DNA of 63,847 bases, counting the filler, from Octopus bimaculoides (taxonomy: Eukaryota): NCBI RefSeq assembly GCF_001194135.2. It is 8 parts of 7 records of this genome, joined end to end, with 100 filler letters (N's around TTAATTAATTAA, not from the genome) between each part and the next. Parts side by side here need not be neighbours in the genome. Positions count along the whole stretch, not along the records: positions 1 to 17,507 come from NC_068986.1; positions 17,608 to 31,756 come from NC_068982.1; 6 more parts are not named here. One strand, given 5' to 3'. Both the position numbers and the translations under genes were made by a program. Each line of letters starts with the position of its first letter. Position 1 is the stretch's first letter. Below the pieces are notes generated by a model. That model was not told the DNA's origin. It made no database searches and saw only the letters and a program-made list of their open reading frames with translations. Positions 10,966 through 23,959 of the stretch are shown piece by piece.

Positions 10966-12182
10966 ATATATATAAATAATATATATTTTTTAAATAGAGC
11001 ACAGAAAACACACAGGCCACATAGAGAACATTTCCTTCATATATTATATATATATGTATATATATATACATACACATACATACATACATATGGCTGGCTG
11101 GCTGGATAGATGGATGGATGGACGGATGGATGGATAGATATCATGAAATGAAATAAAGTAGCAATCACACTAAAGACAGTGCCCGAGTATGTCAATGGCT
11201 GAAACAAGTAAAAGAAGAAAAAGTATACTTACATAAGTACATTCATACAAGAAGGCATTGAAATGAGTCACGTTGGTGTAGGGGACTATTCATCCTTTGA
11301 TGTATCAAATAGTTTTCACTGAAACTTTTGCTATTAATACAAACCTGGCAAAAAAATAAAAGAGAAAAGAAACAGTTGGTTATATACTTTGAACAGATGT
11401 GAAGAAACGCCTTTTTAGAGAAGGCCATCGCAGTATTCAACCAGTGAAATTTAACTGAAAATAACACGAGTTCTACTACTACATACGTCATGGTAAGACA
11501 TGAAATCGAGGTCAGCTATCATCTGTCGCAGAACTTTGAAGACAGATTCTAATGGACTGTTGAATTAAATCAAGATTTGTAAGAATTCTACTAGAAAATT
11601 ATGGAGTTAATCTCGATCAGTTACATGAAGAGGTCAAATTTCTGATGGGTTGTAAAATATGCCAGCTACTAACCTTTCGGTGTGAAACAGTTCACCGGCA
11701 AGCTACGTTCGTGGCGAAGAAATATGCTAGTTTATCTAGTAAAATCAACCACCCAAAATGCTCACCAAATAACACTGTTAACAGACCAGCAGAATTTGGT
11801 CTCGTTAAAACAAAACTTTCTATAAGCTTTAGATATGACTGCTGTCGTTGCACAGGTACACTTGTCGTTGCACAGGTACAATCTAATAGAAATGTGTATA
11901 TGATACAAACAGCACATGAATATTGCAGCAAGACTTAATCAGAGTTTCACATTTACATCAACAAGTCACTAAATGAAAGAATGATAACGAGCCGATAGAA
12001 AACCTACTGACTAGATAGTATCCGTAATCCAAATCGAGATGCTAAGAATATCGAGCACAAACAGAGGCTCCCGACTTTTGGATATTGAATGTCCTACTGT
12101 AATGTGTTGTAATTGCTATTTGCCAACAGATGGATGTAATAAAAGATAGACTGGAATGATAACACGCAACCAAAATGCAGCA

Positions 12183-12237
<55 letters not shown>

Positions 12238-13364
12238 CTCTCTCCCTCTCTCTCTTAAAAAAGAAAAAATCGATAGATTCATGGAAAAGATTCGGACAGT
12301 TAAATATTATCATTAGATTCAAAGCGAATAATGAATTCCCGAACCAATAACTACGACTTCATGATAAGCTATCCAATGCCTACAGAAACTTCCGACGAGA
12401 GACACCCACCCAGAAAAATAATTATCACTAAACCACTTACTGCGAGCGGTCAATCAAAAGCTTTACTGTAAGAAATGACAAGAACGTAGGATTAAGAGCA
12501 GTAAGTTTGCATTAAGACTACAAACTATATATTGCAGCATGAGAGACCATACCATCAAATTTGAAAATGCTCCGCCCCGTTATTATTTGGAGTCAGTATG
12601 TTTGTGAAGGGAGCTAGAATTTAAATAAGTAACACAACAGCGGTGCGTTATGCGTAAACGAGTTACGGAGTGAGTACTGTGCCAACATCCCTTCTAAAAT
12701 TCTCCTAACATTTGTTGCCAAACTACCGAATGAAAACAACATACGGGAGAGATTGTAAGTCAGTTATAAGAATAAGGAAACTCATATTCTTTAGTGAAAC
12801 TCTCGTCATAACAAAAAAGGAAAAAAGAAAAAAAGGAAAAAGACATTGAATTCGATGTGCCTGACGGTTTGACAGTTGCGTGGACAACACTAGTGTTAAG
12901 GAGCCAAGAGACAGAAGTAGCCAAAAATTAAAAATCCATAGTACGCTTAAATGTTATGTATTAACAGTACATCAATGTAGTAACAGCGAAGTCTATTGAA
13001 CCTATGACTACAGTATGACTAGCGTTTAAGAAAGCGTTTGACTGTAACTTCTGATTTTCACAAGCGCATGTGTCTGGGTGTACATGATTACTCAGGAAAT
13101 GGGTGACGCTGGTTGTTGCCGTTAACAACTCGAAATGAGCCTGAAGTCAAAGATCTTTAAATATAATCTCTCTAGTACCGTTTTGATCTTGTTTGATGAC
13201 AGCCAACCGCTCGTTAACAAAGAATATCCAGAGGAAATGTCAAATGTTTTGTTTCAATCAGCTGAAAAATAACAAAAACCGCAGCAAATAAACAAGCATG
13301 AATTTTAAGAATGCATGCTAGAGGGTTGCTTTGTCTGAAGACTAACTTTTCAAGATAATTATAG

Positions 13365-13493
13365 AACTGACAGAATCATTAGCACACTAGACAAAGCACT
13401 TAGCGGCATTACGTTCGTCTCTACGTTCTGAGTTCAATGGGTCGACTAGCCCCCTTCTCCAAAATTTCAGGCCTTGTGCCTGTAGTAAAAAGG

Positions 13494-13495
<2 letters not shown>
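13365..13495 (+). mobile_element. SINE family A with an internal deletion, followed by an (ATT)n tail to ~13560
   Basis: Head CAGAATCATTAGCAC..CTTAGCGGCATT..CTGAGTTCAA is joined directly to the 3' end GGGTCGACTAGCCCCCTT..CAGGCCTTGTGCC. Confidence 0.8.
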
Positions 13496-13549
<54 letters not shown>

Positions 13550-13554
13550 CATCA

Positions 13555-14612
13555 TTATTAACTCCGCTTTAACGAAGGCGGAGGTATTGTTTTCGGTTGT
13601 GTTTGTTTGTCTGTTGGTCCGTGAACAAGTTATCGCTGGATGGATTAGGATGAAACCTTCAGGGATGTTTGGCCTCGTGACTAGCAAGAACTAATTAGAT
13701 TTTGGGATCGATCCGGTACCGGACAAGGATTCTGGGTTATTTGTTATATTTACTTTACTTTACTTTACACGAAGTATTATGATCTTAGGTACACTTGCAA
13801 GTCTTTCTCTGATTATCTCCCTTGAAAGCACCCTCATGGTTTCCACGTAAGTTATGGTGGCGTTGCTGTTTCCAAAGTTTTATTTTTGTTTCTCTATTAT
13901 TAATTTTACTTGCATCTCTATCTTAGTAGAAACTGATGGATAAAGAAATCAAACTACATAAACAAACATCAGCAAAACCGTTCAAAAATTAAATAACACT
14001 AACATATTCAGTAACAATAATAAATTTAATTTATCCTCGATAATTTTTAGTTTTACCAATTTTTAATATATCGTTCCTGTTTAAAACTTCTTACCTACTT
14101 GACAATTGCATTTCTAGCTCTGCTTTGAAGGAAGGTTTACTTCTTGGACTCACGCTTTTGTGCGCAACGATGTTGTTAAACCTCCGTTAACAGCACCGTG
14201 TGCAGGTCCTTTCGGTTTTCTTTTCACGCACGGATAAATGTTCACTATAGACCTTAATGGTCGTAAAGACACTATATCAGTGGAGAGACTAAAAAAAGCC
14301 TTCATAGAGAAAACTGTCCCTATTCTCACTGCAGAAGACACACACAAGCATTACGAACATGGTCTGCACACCCACCTTCACATTCCGTGACTACCATTGG
14401 GATTGATCAGGTACCGGACAAGGATTCTAAATTATTTTTCCGGTTTTTTATCTTAATTTTTGAAAGTGGTCGGGTTCATTTTTAGTATTCTCGTTTGTGA
14501 GAGCAGTCGAATTTATTTGAGATATTCTCATTTTAAAAATCATCTCCGGCTAATCGTTGAGAGAACGATGGTGTTGCCTTGGTGGAGGTTTGCGCTCTCT
14601 GAGTGTTCTTGT
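13555..14612 (+). mobile_element. Structurally complete Helentron/DINE-1-like element (HINE)
   Basis: 5' hairpin CTCCGCTTT-aacg-AAGGCGGAG (13562-13583), then a GTTT/GTCT microsatellite. A repeated internal unit GATC.GGTACCGGACAAGGATTCT occurs at ~13705 and ~14400. 3' sub-TIR CCTTGGTGGAGG (14577-14588) and 3' stem-loop GCGCTC-tct-GAGTGT. Flanks are T-rich with no TSD. Confidence 0.7.
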
Positions 14613-14979
14613 TTTTATTTTTGTTTTGCTTTTTTGTTCTATGTTCCCTAGTTCAGTAGTTATCTCCAATGGTAGTTACCGTTGCTCTATCCACTTGGGC
14701 GTAGGTAGCTCTCCTTACAACCATGGAAATGTAGAAATCTTTACGTTATTGGTTCCATTCGTTAATTCAATTTTTATTTATGCTTCATGTAGTCTCCGTC
14801 AAGGGAGATAAATGAAAGAACCATTTAACGCCAAATGCATAAACAATCTTTCTATTTTAAACTTGCTCTCTTGTGAAATCAATAAGTTTAATTAATTCAT
14901 CATCTTTAGTTCTGCTCCACATTTTTCCTTTCTTCCAACGAAGCATCCCCGTATTCTCAAGCCACTGTGAAAGCCTCCA

Positions 14980-15060
14980 CGTAGTCGATCGATTTGCTAG
15001 AAATAGCAGACAAAGCTTTCTTCAAAACACGTCTAAACATCTTAAAAATGAAAGAAAAAG
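14980..15060 (+). mobile_element. Fragment of an older dispersed repeat (family D, probably a SINE)
   Basis: GATCGATTTGCTAGAAATAGCA is shared with ~48260 (GATCTGCTAGAAATAGCA) and ~1305 (GATCTCTTAGAAACAGCA). Confidence 0.45.
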
Positions 15061-15622
15061 AAGAAAAAAAGAAAAAAAGAGGAAAGATCATTTGATTATG
15101 CACGTTTCATGGAAAAATATCTATAAGAAGATGGGACGATTATATTGTTGGATGTGTTTGATCGTAGCTTTTCTCAGGTTTGTCTTGCGGTTAAACAACC
15201 ACAACAACAACGGCAACAGCAGCAACAACAACAACCACAACAACAGCAGTCATTTTATTTTAAACTTGGTCTAATTATTTTTTGAAATTGTTCTCACGTG
15301 AAATCAATTAATTCATCAATCAAAATTAGTTCTGCTCTACGTTTCTACTTCAGGCAGCCATTTCCCGACACAAAATCCACATTCTCATGCAGACAATAGG
15401 CACCGTTCAGCAATTTGTGATTTTCAAAATTAAACGAATGAGAAATAATGGGGTTGTGGTGGTGGTGATAGTGGGGGAAGAAGCTTTTTTTTTAACGAAA
15501 ACCAAAATTTGTGTTCTTGCTTGATAGAAAAATAAATGAATAAAAAATAAAAATCATTAATTTCATTCCGAAAATCAAACCATCAATTCTAAAATAAAGG
15601 GATAATATAGGTTTTACCACAC

Positions 15623-15666
<44 letters not shown>

Positions 15667-15683
15667 AAACACACACACACACA

Positions 15684-15716
<33 letters not shown>

Positions 15717-15738
15717 TTATTGTCCATTCTTCACAATG

Positions 15739-15784
<46 letters not shown>

Positions 15785-15909
15785 TTACATGTTTGTATGT
15801 GTGCGTGTGTGTGTGGGCATGTGTGTGTATATGTGTATATGTACAAACTTGTATATGTTCACATAGTTCATTCTAGGTAATGACCTCTGTGTGTGTGTGT
15901 GTGTGTGCG

Positions 15910-16167
15910 TTCTTTTACTTGTTTCACTCATTTGATTCATGGCGGCCATGCTGGAGCACCGCCTTGAAGGGTTTTAGTCGAACAAGTAGAACCCAGAACC
16001 TATTTTTATGCCTAGTACTTATTCTATCGGTCTGTTTTTGTCGAAACGCTAAGTTACGGAGACGCAAACACACCAACAAGCAGTGATGTAGGGGGTGGGA
16101 AACAAGCACACACACACACACTCACACACACTCTCACACACACACACACACACACGCATACATACAC

Positions 16168-16207
<40 letters not shown>

Positions 16208-16483
16208 CGTTGACCTTNNNNNNNNNNNNNNNNNNNNNNNNNNNNNNNNNNNNNNNNNNNNNNNNNNNNNNNNNNNNNNNNNNNNNNNNNNNNNNNNNNN
16301 NNNNNNNNNNNNNNNNNNNNNNNNNTGACCTTTCAGTTTCCGTCTACCAAATCCACTCATAAGGCTTTGGTCAGCCCGACGTTATAACAGAAGACACTCT
16401 TCCCAAGGTGCCATGCAGTGGGACTGAACCCGGAGCGATATGACTGGAAAGCAAGCTTCTTACTACACAGCCATGCCTGCGCC
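15910..16483 (-). mobile_element. Full tRNA-derived SINE family B with an internal microsatellite containing an assembly gap
   Basis: Minus-strand head GGCGCAGGCATGGCTGTGTAGTAAG (A box), CGGGTTCAGTCCC (B box), and CORE-like GCACCTTGGGAAGAGTGTCTTC. Internal (TG)n at 16105-16325. Tail ends GGCGGTGCTCCAGCATGGCCG..AAACAAGTAAAAGA. Confidence 0.85.
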
Positions 16484-16512
16484 TATTCTTACCACACAGC
16501 CATATATATATA

Positions 16513-16770
16513 ATGATGCCCTTCGGTCATGAATGACCATGGGATTGCACCTAGAAAGTTACCCTCCGAGGTACAAGTCCGGGCAAGGTTGATTATGGAA
16601 GACCAGCAGTCACCCATGCCTACCCGCCTTCCCTCTCCACACCATCGATGTTATCCAAGAGAAAAGGCAAGGGCCGATCGACGTCGCAACTCATTCCTAC
16701 AGCTGAGTGAACTGGAGCAACGTGAAATAAAGTGTCTTGCTCAAGAACACAACACGCATACTGTGTCTGG
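16513..16770 (-). mobile_element. SINE-like repeat family C, body only
   Basis: Minus strand TGTGTTCTTGAGCAAGACACTTTATTTCACGTTGCTCCAGTTCACTCAGCTG resembles conserved central SINE domains; GC-richer body. Confidence 0.55.
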
Positions 16771-17507
16771 GGAGAGTCATTCCCATTTAGTGCCTTATAC
16801 TTTACAGACTTACCGGTTCGATTTCCACACATTTACTTAGTTATTTTTTCTAGAAGTTTCGTTGCTTCTTGCAACCTCTTCAATAGTTGTTGACTCTGTC
16901 CGTTATCAGAGCTGCATTCTTTTTGTTTGTTTGTTTGTGCATCAGTGTGCATGCGTATACATGTATGTATGTATGTATGTATGTATGTATGTATGTGTGT
17001 ATGTGTGTATGCATGTGTGTGTGTTTGTATGTGTGTATGTGTGTGTGTAACTCTGTCTCCTTGTGTGGGCATGTTTGAGTGTGTTTATGTTATTGGGTTT
17101 GTGTGACTATGTACATGCGTCTGTTATGTGTCTCCATATGTGCCCTTGTGTGTGTGTGTGAAGTCTGCGCATGTGTATATGGTCATGTGTTTCAGTTTTC
17201 GCCTGTGTATGTGTGTGTGTGTGTGTGTGCTTGTCTGTCTGTATTGCCTAGGTATATATATATATATATATATATATACATTTATATATATCAAAATAAG
17301 CAACAGGATATCAAGTAGTGATGCAGTACTACCGTTTCAAGCAGCTCCATTTAACTGAACAATGCAATCATTACATCAATTTAAATGTAGTGCCATCTTC
17401 AGCTGCACAAATAAATGAATAGAATTTTAACAAGTAGGACACATTAATATAATTTTTCTCAAATATTTTAACAGAGCAAGAAGATGGAAGAAATTCATGT
17501 TGTCGCT

Positions 17508-17607
17508 NNNNNNNNNNNNNNNNNNNNNNNNNNNNNNNNNNNNNNNNNNNNTTAATTAATTAANNNNNNNNNNNNNNNNNNNNNNNNNNNNNNNNNNNNN
17601 NNNNNNN
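17508..17607. other. Artificial 100-bp scaffold spacer N44-TTAATTAATTAA-N44; the 12-mer also occurs at 31801, 40240, 43896, 48818, 59365 and 60835
   Basis: Identical 12-mer embedded in N runs seven times; it encodes stop codons in all six frames. Confidence 0.95.
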
Positions 17608-17613
17608 TATATA

Positions 17614-17649
<36 letters not shown>

Positions 17650-18529
17650 TATGTGTGCGTATGTATGTATGTACGTATGTATGTATGTATAAACAAAGGT
17701 TGTGTAGCTGTAGTTGTGCGTGCATGTGTGTATGTACGTGTGTCACTATCCATACGTGTGTATTGATATGCGTCAATATATGCGTGTATTCACGTGTGTC
17801 TATGAACGTATGTTTATTTGTTTGCATATATGTACATGAATGTATGTGTTTTATGTATATGTGTTTCGAAAGTAAATCAGCATTATTCGGCAGATGATGC
17901 ACGATGGATTACCTAACCTTACAGAGCGACAGGTAAAATGCTGTCTTATTTATAAGTTATGAATCTTAGTGTTTCGAGTTCAAACGACACGAAGTTTAAT
18001 TTTCTATTTTTACCCATACGGGTCGATAGAATAAAGAACCAAGAAATACGAACATTGCTGTAATGGATTATATCAATATCCAGCCTCCCACACAAACATA
18101 ACTCTGTTGCTTTATCCACGAGTTCGTCAAGGAACTCTGTTAGATTTGGAAGAAACAGTACAGAAGGGTCAAAATTTTAAAAGTTACCGCCATCTTCTTT
18201 ATTCAAATCACAACCGACTTTTCAGTATTTTTCATTTTTCTATCTTTTGTGATCGGTGATCTAAATATCAGTAATCGAGATAATATTCTACATCATATCA
18301 CTTCCTTCAGAAATACCTGAGTAGTTGTTATAATATTATTCTGCATTACGTGAGGTGTGTTCGTACGTAACGTTTTCAAAGGGAGATAATCTGCTATTGA
18401 CTGCGATAGTTATTAGCTGGGCATAAGGCAGACGACAGGACAAGAGAAGAGGAAGAAATGGAGTTGGTCAATAGAGAGAGAAAAAATTACAATGACTATG
18501 AATCACGTAGTATTTATAAAATCTACTAA

Positions 18530-18532
18530 CAC

Positions 18533-18609
<77 letters not shown>

Positions 18610-18800
18610 TCCTTACTAATATAGGCACAAGGTCTGAAATTCGGGGGAGGGGGATAGTCGATTACATCGAACCCAATGTTTTACTGGTACTTAATTTATC
18701 GACACCGACACGATGAAAGGCAAAATTCATCCTCGTGGAATTTAAGCGCAGAGGGTAAAGACGGACGAAATGCTGCTAAGCAATTTTCCCGGCGTCATAT
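18530..18800 (-). mobile_element. SINE family A with its (ATT)n tail, seen as (AAT)n at 18530-18608
   Basis: GGCACAAGGTCTGAAATT, ACTGGTACTTAATTTATCGAC and GATGAAAGGCAAA are reverse complements of family A. Confidence 0.8.
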
Positions 18801-18829
18801 AACAAAAAATAGGTCTCATAGGAGCACTT

Positions 18830-18950
18830 ATTTTATCGGGGTCGATAAATTAAATACCAGTGAAACACTAAGGTCGATGTAATCGACAAGTCCCCTCCCC
18901 CAAAATATCAGGTCTTGTGTCTATAGCAGAAAGGATTATTATTACTATTA
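18830..18950 (+). mobile_element. 3' half of SINE family A, followed by an (AGT)n/(AGC)n array to ~19112
   Basis: GGGGTCGATAAATTAAATACCAGT..CAGGTCTTGTGTCTATAGCAGAAAGGATTATT. Confidence 0.75.
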
Positions 18951-18953
18951 TTA

Positions 18954-19000
<47 letters not shown>

Positions 19001-19016
19001 AAGCAGCAGCAGTAGA

Positions 19017-19091
<75 letters not shown>

Positions 19092-19714
19092 CGTAGTAGT
19101 AGTAGTAGTAGTAAAAATTAGTAATAATAAAATGATACAAAAAGCTAATTTAAACTCACATTGCAATCGGTTCATTGAGCAGAGGAGCAAAAAAAATGAA
19201 TTTATTGGCATCGATTCCAATCCGCCGTATTCTTCCAAAATTCAACCCTTAATATTGTTGAACAATTGTTAAGTCTAAAAGGTGTCGATTTAAAGTCGGA
19301 TGTTACTGTTAGTAACAACAATACTCTGTGTCTACTGGGAGTAATAATTTGTAGTTCATTTCACCCTGGGAGCATCGACTTGCTGATAATTTTCTTCTAA
19401 CAGGTTTTCTTTGTGTCTTACTAAACGTTACTTAATCAGGCGAAAGGAACATTAGGTTTATTTTTCATATGCAATATGTGTGTGTTTGCGTTTTTGTGTA
19501 TGTGTGTATGTATGTTTATATGTGCATGAATATATACATTATACTCATACACATATATACATATATAGCGTTCGCTAGTTTACCCTCGTTCTTGTCTAAC
19601 GACCCTCCATGTTTGATTTTGTTTGGTTTCCTTGTATGTTTCCACTATCGTGTTTTTGCTCCCAACTTTTACCCTCCATAAATACAAAATTCTATTTTGG
19701 TATTTATGGGAGCA

Positions 19715-19895
19715 ACTGTCTTCGAAGACTCATATCGTCGTTGAATGCTCAAAATGAGGAGTAGACAAACAGCCGACAACTGATGAAGTGTTGTTCTTTC
19801 TGTTACTTGTCCTGTTTTCCATTTGTTTCTCTCGCTGTTGCATATTGAACTCATTTGTTTTCATATTTTATGTTGTTTACTGTTGGTGACGTCCT
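19715..19895 (+). repeat. Family X copy
   Basis: GTCTTCGAA..CTGATGAAG..GACGTCCTGTACACATATATG. Confidence 0.5.
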
Positions 19896-21294
19896 GTACA
19901 CATATATGATATATATATATATATAGCCTCAGGCTATAGCAGACTAAAATTTTAGTTCGTCACGATATAACTATTTGTTTTACGTTTGTCAGCAATTCTT
20001 GTAGAATCTTCTCTGGACACATAGCCCCCTTTTCAGATTCAAATGCTTTCTTTCATTATATGAAGCACACGAGCTCACATATTGAAAAAATATATATTAC
20101 ATTTATAGAACATATATATATGTGTCATATACGTATGATATAATATATATATATATACATATTCAACTTATAAGTATTCCATTTGTGTGTGTACGTGCGC
20201 GCGTTTCTGTGTGTATCATATACACATATATATGATAGAATACGTATTTATTAACACACACACATACACACACACACACACATACACACACACACACATA
20301 TGTATATATATATATATATGTATGTATGTATGTATGTATCAATATATACGTGCGTGAGTGTGAATGTGTGCGTAAAGGCACACACATATATATGTTGAAT
20401 GATATATATGTATATATATCATATGACATGTATATATGTGCTCACGTGTGTGTTTTTACGCACACATTCACACTCGCACGCACAACATCACCACTACCCC
20501 ACACACCACACCACCACCACCATCAACATCAATGAGTTGACGTATGTTGATAAAATGTACACCTAAGGGATATAACGATAAAAGCTTTATCAGCCTACAA
20601 AGAAACGGAGACTTATTTGCGTATTCTTTCTTTGTTGATTGATAATATTTATTATAGTTTATAGGTTTTTACATGGGCCTTTGTTAACGTGAAATGACGT
20701 ATTAGTTCTTAATAGTGAACGGAAATTGTTTATAACGATCTTTTACACCCGGGATTTACTTATAAGTAAGTTTTGTTATGAGACACTACGCTGATATCGT
20801 TTCTGTAAAGAGTTATGCATCGTCAGCAAAGCTCTCATTTTCAACAATGTGTGACAAAGGCGCGTTTAAAATAAACGAACGTACTGACGCACTCAGATGA
20901 GCAATGAAGCAAATATCAATAATATTTAAACAGAAAACAATTCAGCAAAAAATATTGTTATGATTCGGAAAACAAAATAAACAATGATAACGATTTCTGA
21001 GAAAGGCACGAGACCGGAAGTTTCACGAAACGGATATACCCGATTAGGCAGATCAAATCCTGAGCTATTTGACTGGTACTTACTTTATTGATCTAATGTC
21101 ATTCTCCGCTGCCACCTTCATTCTCATTCTTATCATCTTCCACTGCCTTCATTTTTCACTGATAATAATAGTTATTAATGTTATTGATATTATATTTGGG
21201 TTGACGAATAATGTTTTGTATTTTTGTTGCTTATACTCTTGTGTTTTGCATTTGTGCTGTCTCTAATGTATTGAGTTCACGTAGCTAATAAAAG

Positions 21295-21632
21295 AAATAA
21301 TCCTTTCGAGGTCGATAAAATAAATGACATTTGAGTACTAGGATCAATGTAATAGATTTACTCCCAACCCCGAAGTTATTGGCCTTGTGCTAAAATTTGA
21401 AACCATTGTTATTATGGTTGTTAAAGCGTGTGATGGCAGAATCGTTATAGCAGCGGACAAAATGCCTAGCAGCCTTTCTTCTGGTTACGATCTGAGTTCA
21501 AATGTCACCGAAGTCGACTTTGCTTTTCGCCCTTTCGGGATCGATGAAATAAGTACAATTTATGCACAGATTTCGATGATATCGACTTATCACTTCCACT
21601 GAAGTTACTGGACTTCTTAGAAAATTGTTATT
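21295..21632 (+). mobile_element. Partial plus near-full SINE family A copies in tandem
   Basis: TGGCAGAATCGTTA head (~21435), CTGAGTTCAAAT B-box, GTCGACTTTGCTTTTCGCCCTTTCGGGATCGATGAAATAAGTAC. Confidence 0.75.
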
Positions 21633-22340
21633 ATGGGTGTTGTACAATATCGTTTTCACTGCTTATTACTTTACTTGTTATCGTTGATTTCAAAATATCA
21701 ATCCATGTAAATTCTCCCTGCTTTATTATACGTTTACTACAATAAAATTTTTGTACTGCCTCTAACTGAGACCTGTACCCAATAAAATATATTAGAAGGA
21801 GTAGCAACAGCATCATTATCTTCATCGTCATCATCATTATAATTGCCCTGCAATAAATATATATNNNNNNNNNNNNNNNNNNNNNNNNNNNNNNNNNNNN
21901 NNNNNNNNNNNNNNNNNNNNNNNNNNNNNNNNNNNNNNNNNNNNNNNNNNNNNNNNNNNNNNNNNNNNNNNNNNNNNNNNNNNNNNNNNNNNNNNNNNNN
22001 NNNNNNNNNNNNNNNNNNNNNNNNNNNNNNNNNNNNNNNNNNNNNNNNNNNNNNNNNNNNNNNNNNNNNNNNNNNNNNNNNNNNNNNNNNNNNNNNNNNN
22101 NNNNNNNNNNNNNNNNNNNNNNNNNNNNNNNNNNNNNNNNNNNNNNNNNNNNNNNNNNNNNNNNNNNNNNNNNNNNNNNNNNNNNNNNNNNNNNNNNNNN
22201 NNNNNNNNNNNNNNNNNNNNNNNNNNNNNNNNNNNNNNNNNNNNNNNNNNNNNNNNNNNNNNNNNNNNNNNNNNNNNNNNNNNNNNNNNNNNNNNNNNNN
22301 NNNNNNNNNNNNNNNNNNNNNNNNNNNNNNNNNNNNNNNN

Positions 22341-22384
<44 letters not shown>

Positions 22385-22625
22385 CATGTGTGTGTGTGTG
22401 TAAATGTTTGTGTGTCTATGTTTATACCCCACCACCACCAACATCGCTTGACAACCGATACTGGTGTGTTTATTTCCCCGTAAACTAGCGGTTCGGGAAA
22501 AGTTACCGATAGAATAAGTTCTAGACTTACAAAGAATAAGTCCTGGAGTCGATGTGCTCGTAAAAGCTGTGCTTCAGCATGGCCAGAGTCAAATGACTAA
22601 AACAAGTAAAAGATTAAAAGAGTAC
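22341..22625 (+). mobile_element. SINE family B internal microsatellite plus tail; the head is probably in or before the gap
   Basis: AACATCGCTTGACAACCGATACTGGTGTGTTT..AGCGGTTCGG..CAGCATGGCC..AAACAAGTAAAAGA. Confidence 0.85.
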
Positions 22626-23264
22626 AGGTATGTGTGTGCGTGTGTGCGTTTGTATGTATGTGCTGTGTGTGTGTGTATGTGTTTGTGTGTGCGTGTGTCT
22701 GTGCGTGCATCATTGTGAGAAGTATATTTTAAGTTAAAGTTCAAGATTATATTCATATCAATTAACTCTTTAAGTCAAGAGATTTCCCAATGCTTGTAAA
22801 TACGTGGTTGAGTTGGTGTGTTGGTTCAATTGTCAATGCAGACACCTAGAATGATTGCAGATGCCGCTAATAGATTGGATTGGGAGAAGGTGCGGCATTT
22901 TCTTTTGCACTTTCTTCGAGAAACCTAGTAGGTCTATGTTTGCATGTGAATCTGCCGACACATTCTCTAATGCATGATAGATACAAATGAAAATTTATAT
23001 TCGGGTTGTAAGTTCCTCATTAGATCACAGTAAATGTTCCTGGATTTTCATGGTTCATTCACAACATCTGGGTAGCTGACCTCTACAACAGTGTATGCCT
23101 TTTGCTCCTTGTCCTATAGATAGTTGTTGTACGTATGTATGTGAATTTGTATATATGTATGTTTGTATGTATGTATGTATGTACGTATGTATGTATATAT
23201 GGATGTGTGTATATATGTATGTAAGTATTTTGCATATATGTATGCGTGTATGTAAATATAGTGT

Positions 23265-23853
23265 ATTCTTTTATTCTTTTACCGAACCGCTAAGTTACAG
23301 GGACGTAAACACACCAGCATCGGTTGTCAAGCGATGTTGGGGGGACAGACACACACACACAAAGACACACACACAAACACACACACACACACACACACAN
23401 NNNNNNNNNNNNNNNNNNNNNNNNNNNNNNNNNNNNNNNNNNNNNNNNNNNNNNNNNNNNNNNNNNNNNNNNNNNNNNNNNNNNNNNNNNNNNNNNNNNN
23501 NNNNNNNNNNNNNNNNNNNNNNNNNNNNNNNNNNNNNNNNNNNNNNNNNNNNNNNNNNNNNNNNNNNNNNNNNNNNNNNNNNNNNNNNNNNNNNNNNNNN
23601 NNNNNNNNNNNNNNNNNNNNNNNNNNNNNNNNNNNNNNNNNNNNNNNNNNNNNNNNNNNNNNTATATATATATATATATGCATATGTATACGACGGGCTT
23701 CTTTCAGTTTCCGTCTACCAAATCCACTCACAAGGCTTTGGTCGGCTTGAGGCTCTAGTAGAAGACACCTGTCCAAGGTGCCACGCAGTGGGACTGAACC
23801 CAGAACCATGTGGTCGGTAAGCGAGCTACTTACCACACAGCCACTCCTGCGCC
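23265..23853 (-). mobile_element. SINE family B, head intact, internal (TA)n/(TG)n with a gap, tail with a deletion
   Basis: Minus-strand head GGCGCAGGAGTGGCTGTGTGGTAAG..GGGTTCAGTCCCACTGCGTGGCACCTTGGACAGGTGTCTTC. Confidence 0.9.
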
Positions 23854-23959
23854 TATGTATATACATTTGTGTAAATACATACCACGCACACTCGTAAGCG
23901 CGCTAATATGCGTATATCGACAGACATGCCGTCCAATCCGTGCCAGCATGGAAAACGGA

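Noticed and set aside
11397-11492. Exon-like segment with AG and GTAAGA borders
   Set aside because: Stops in all three frames; no coding support.
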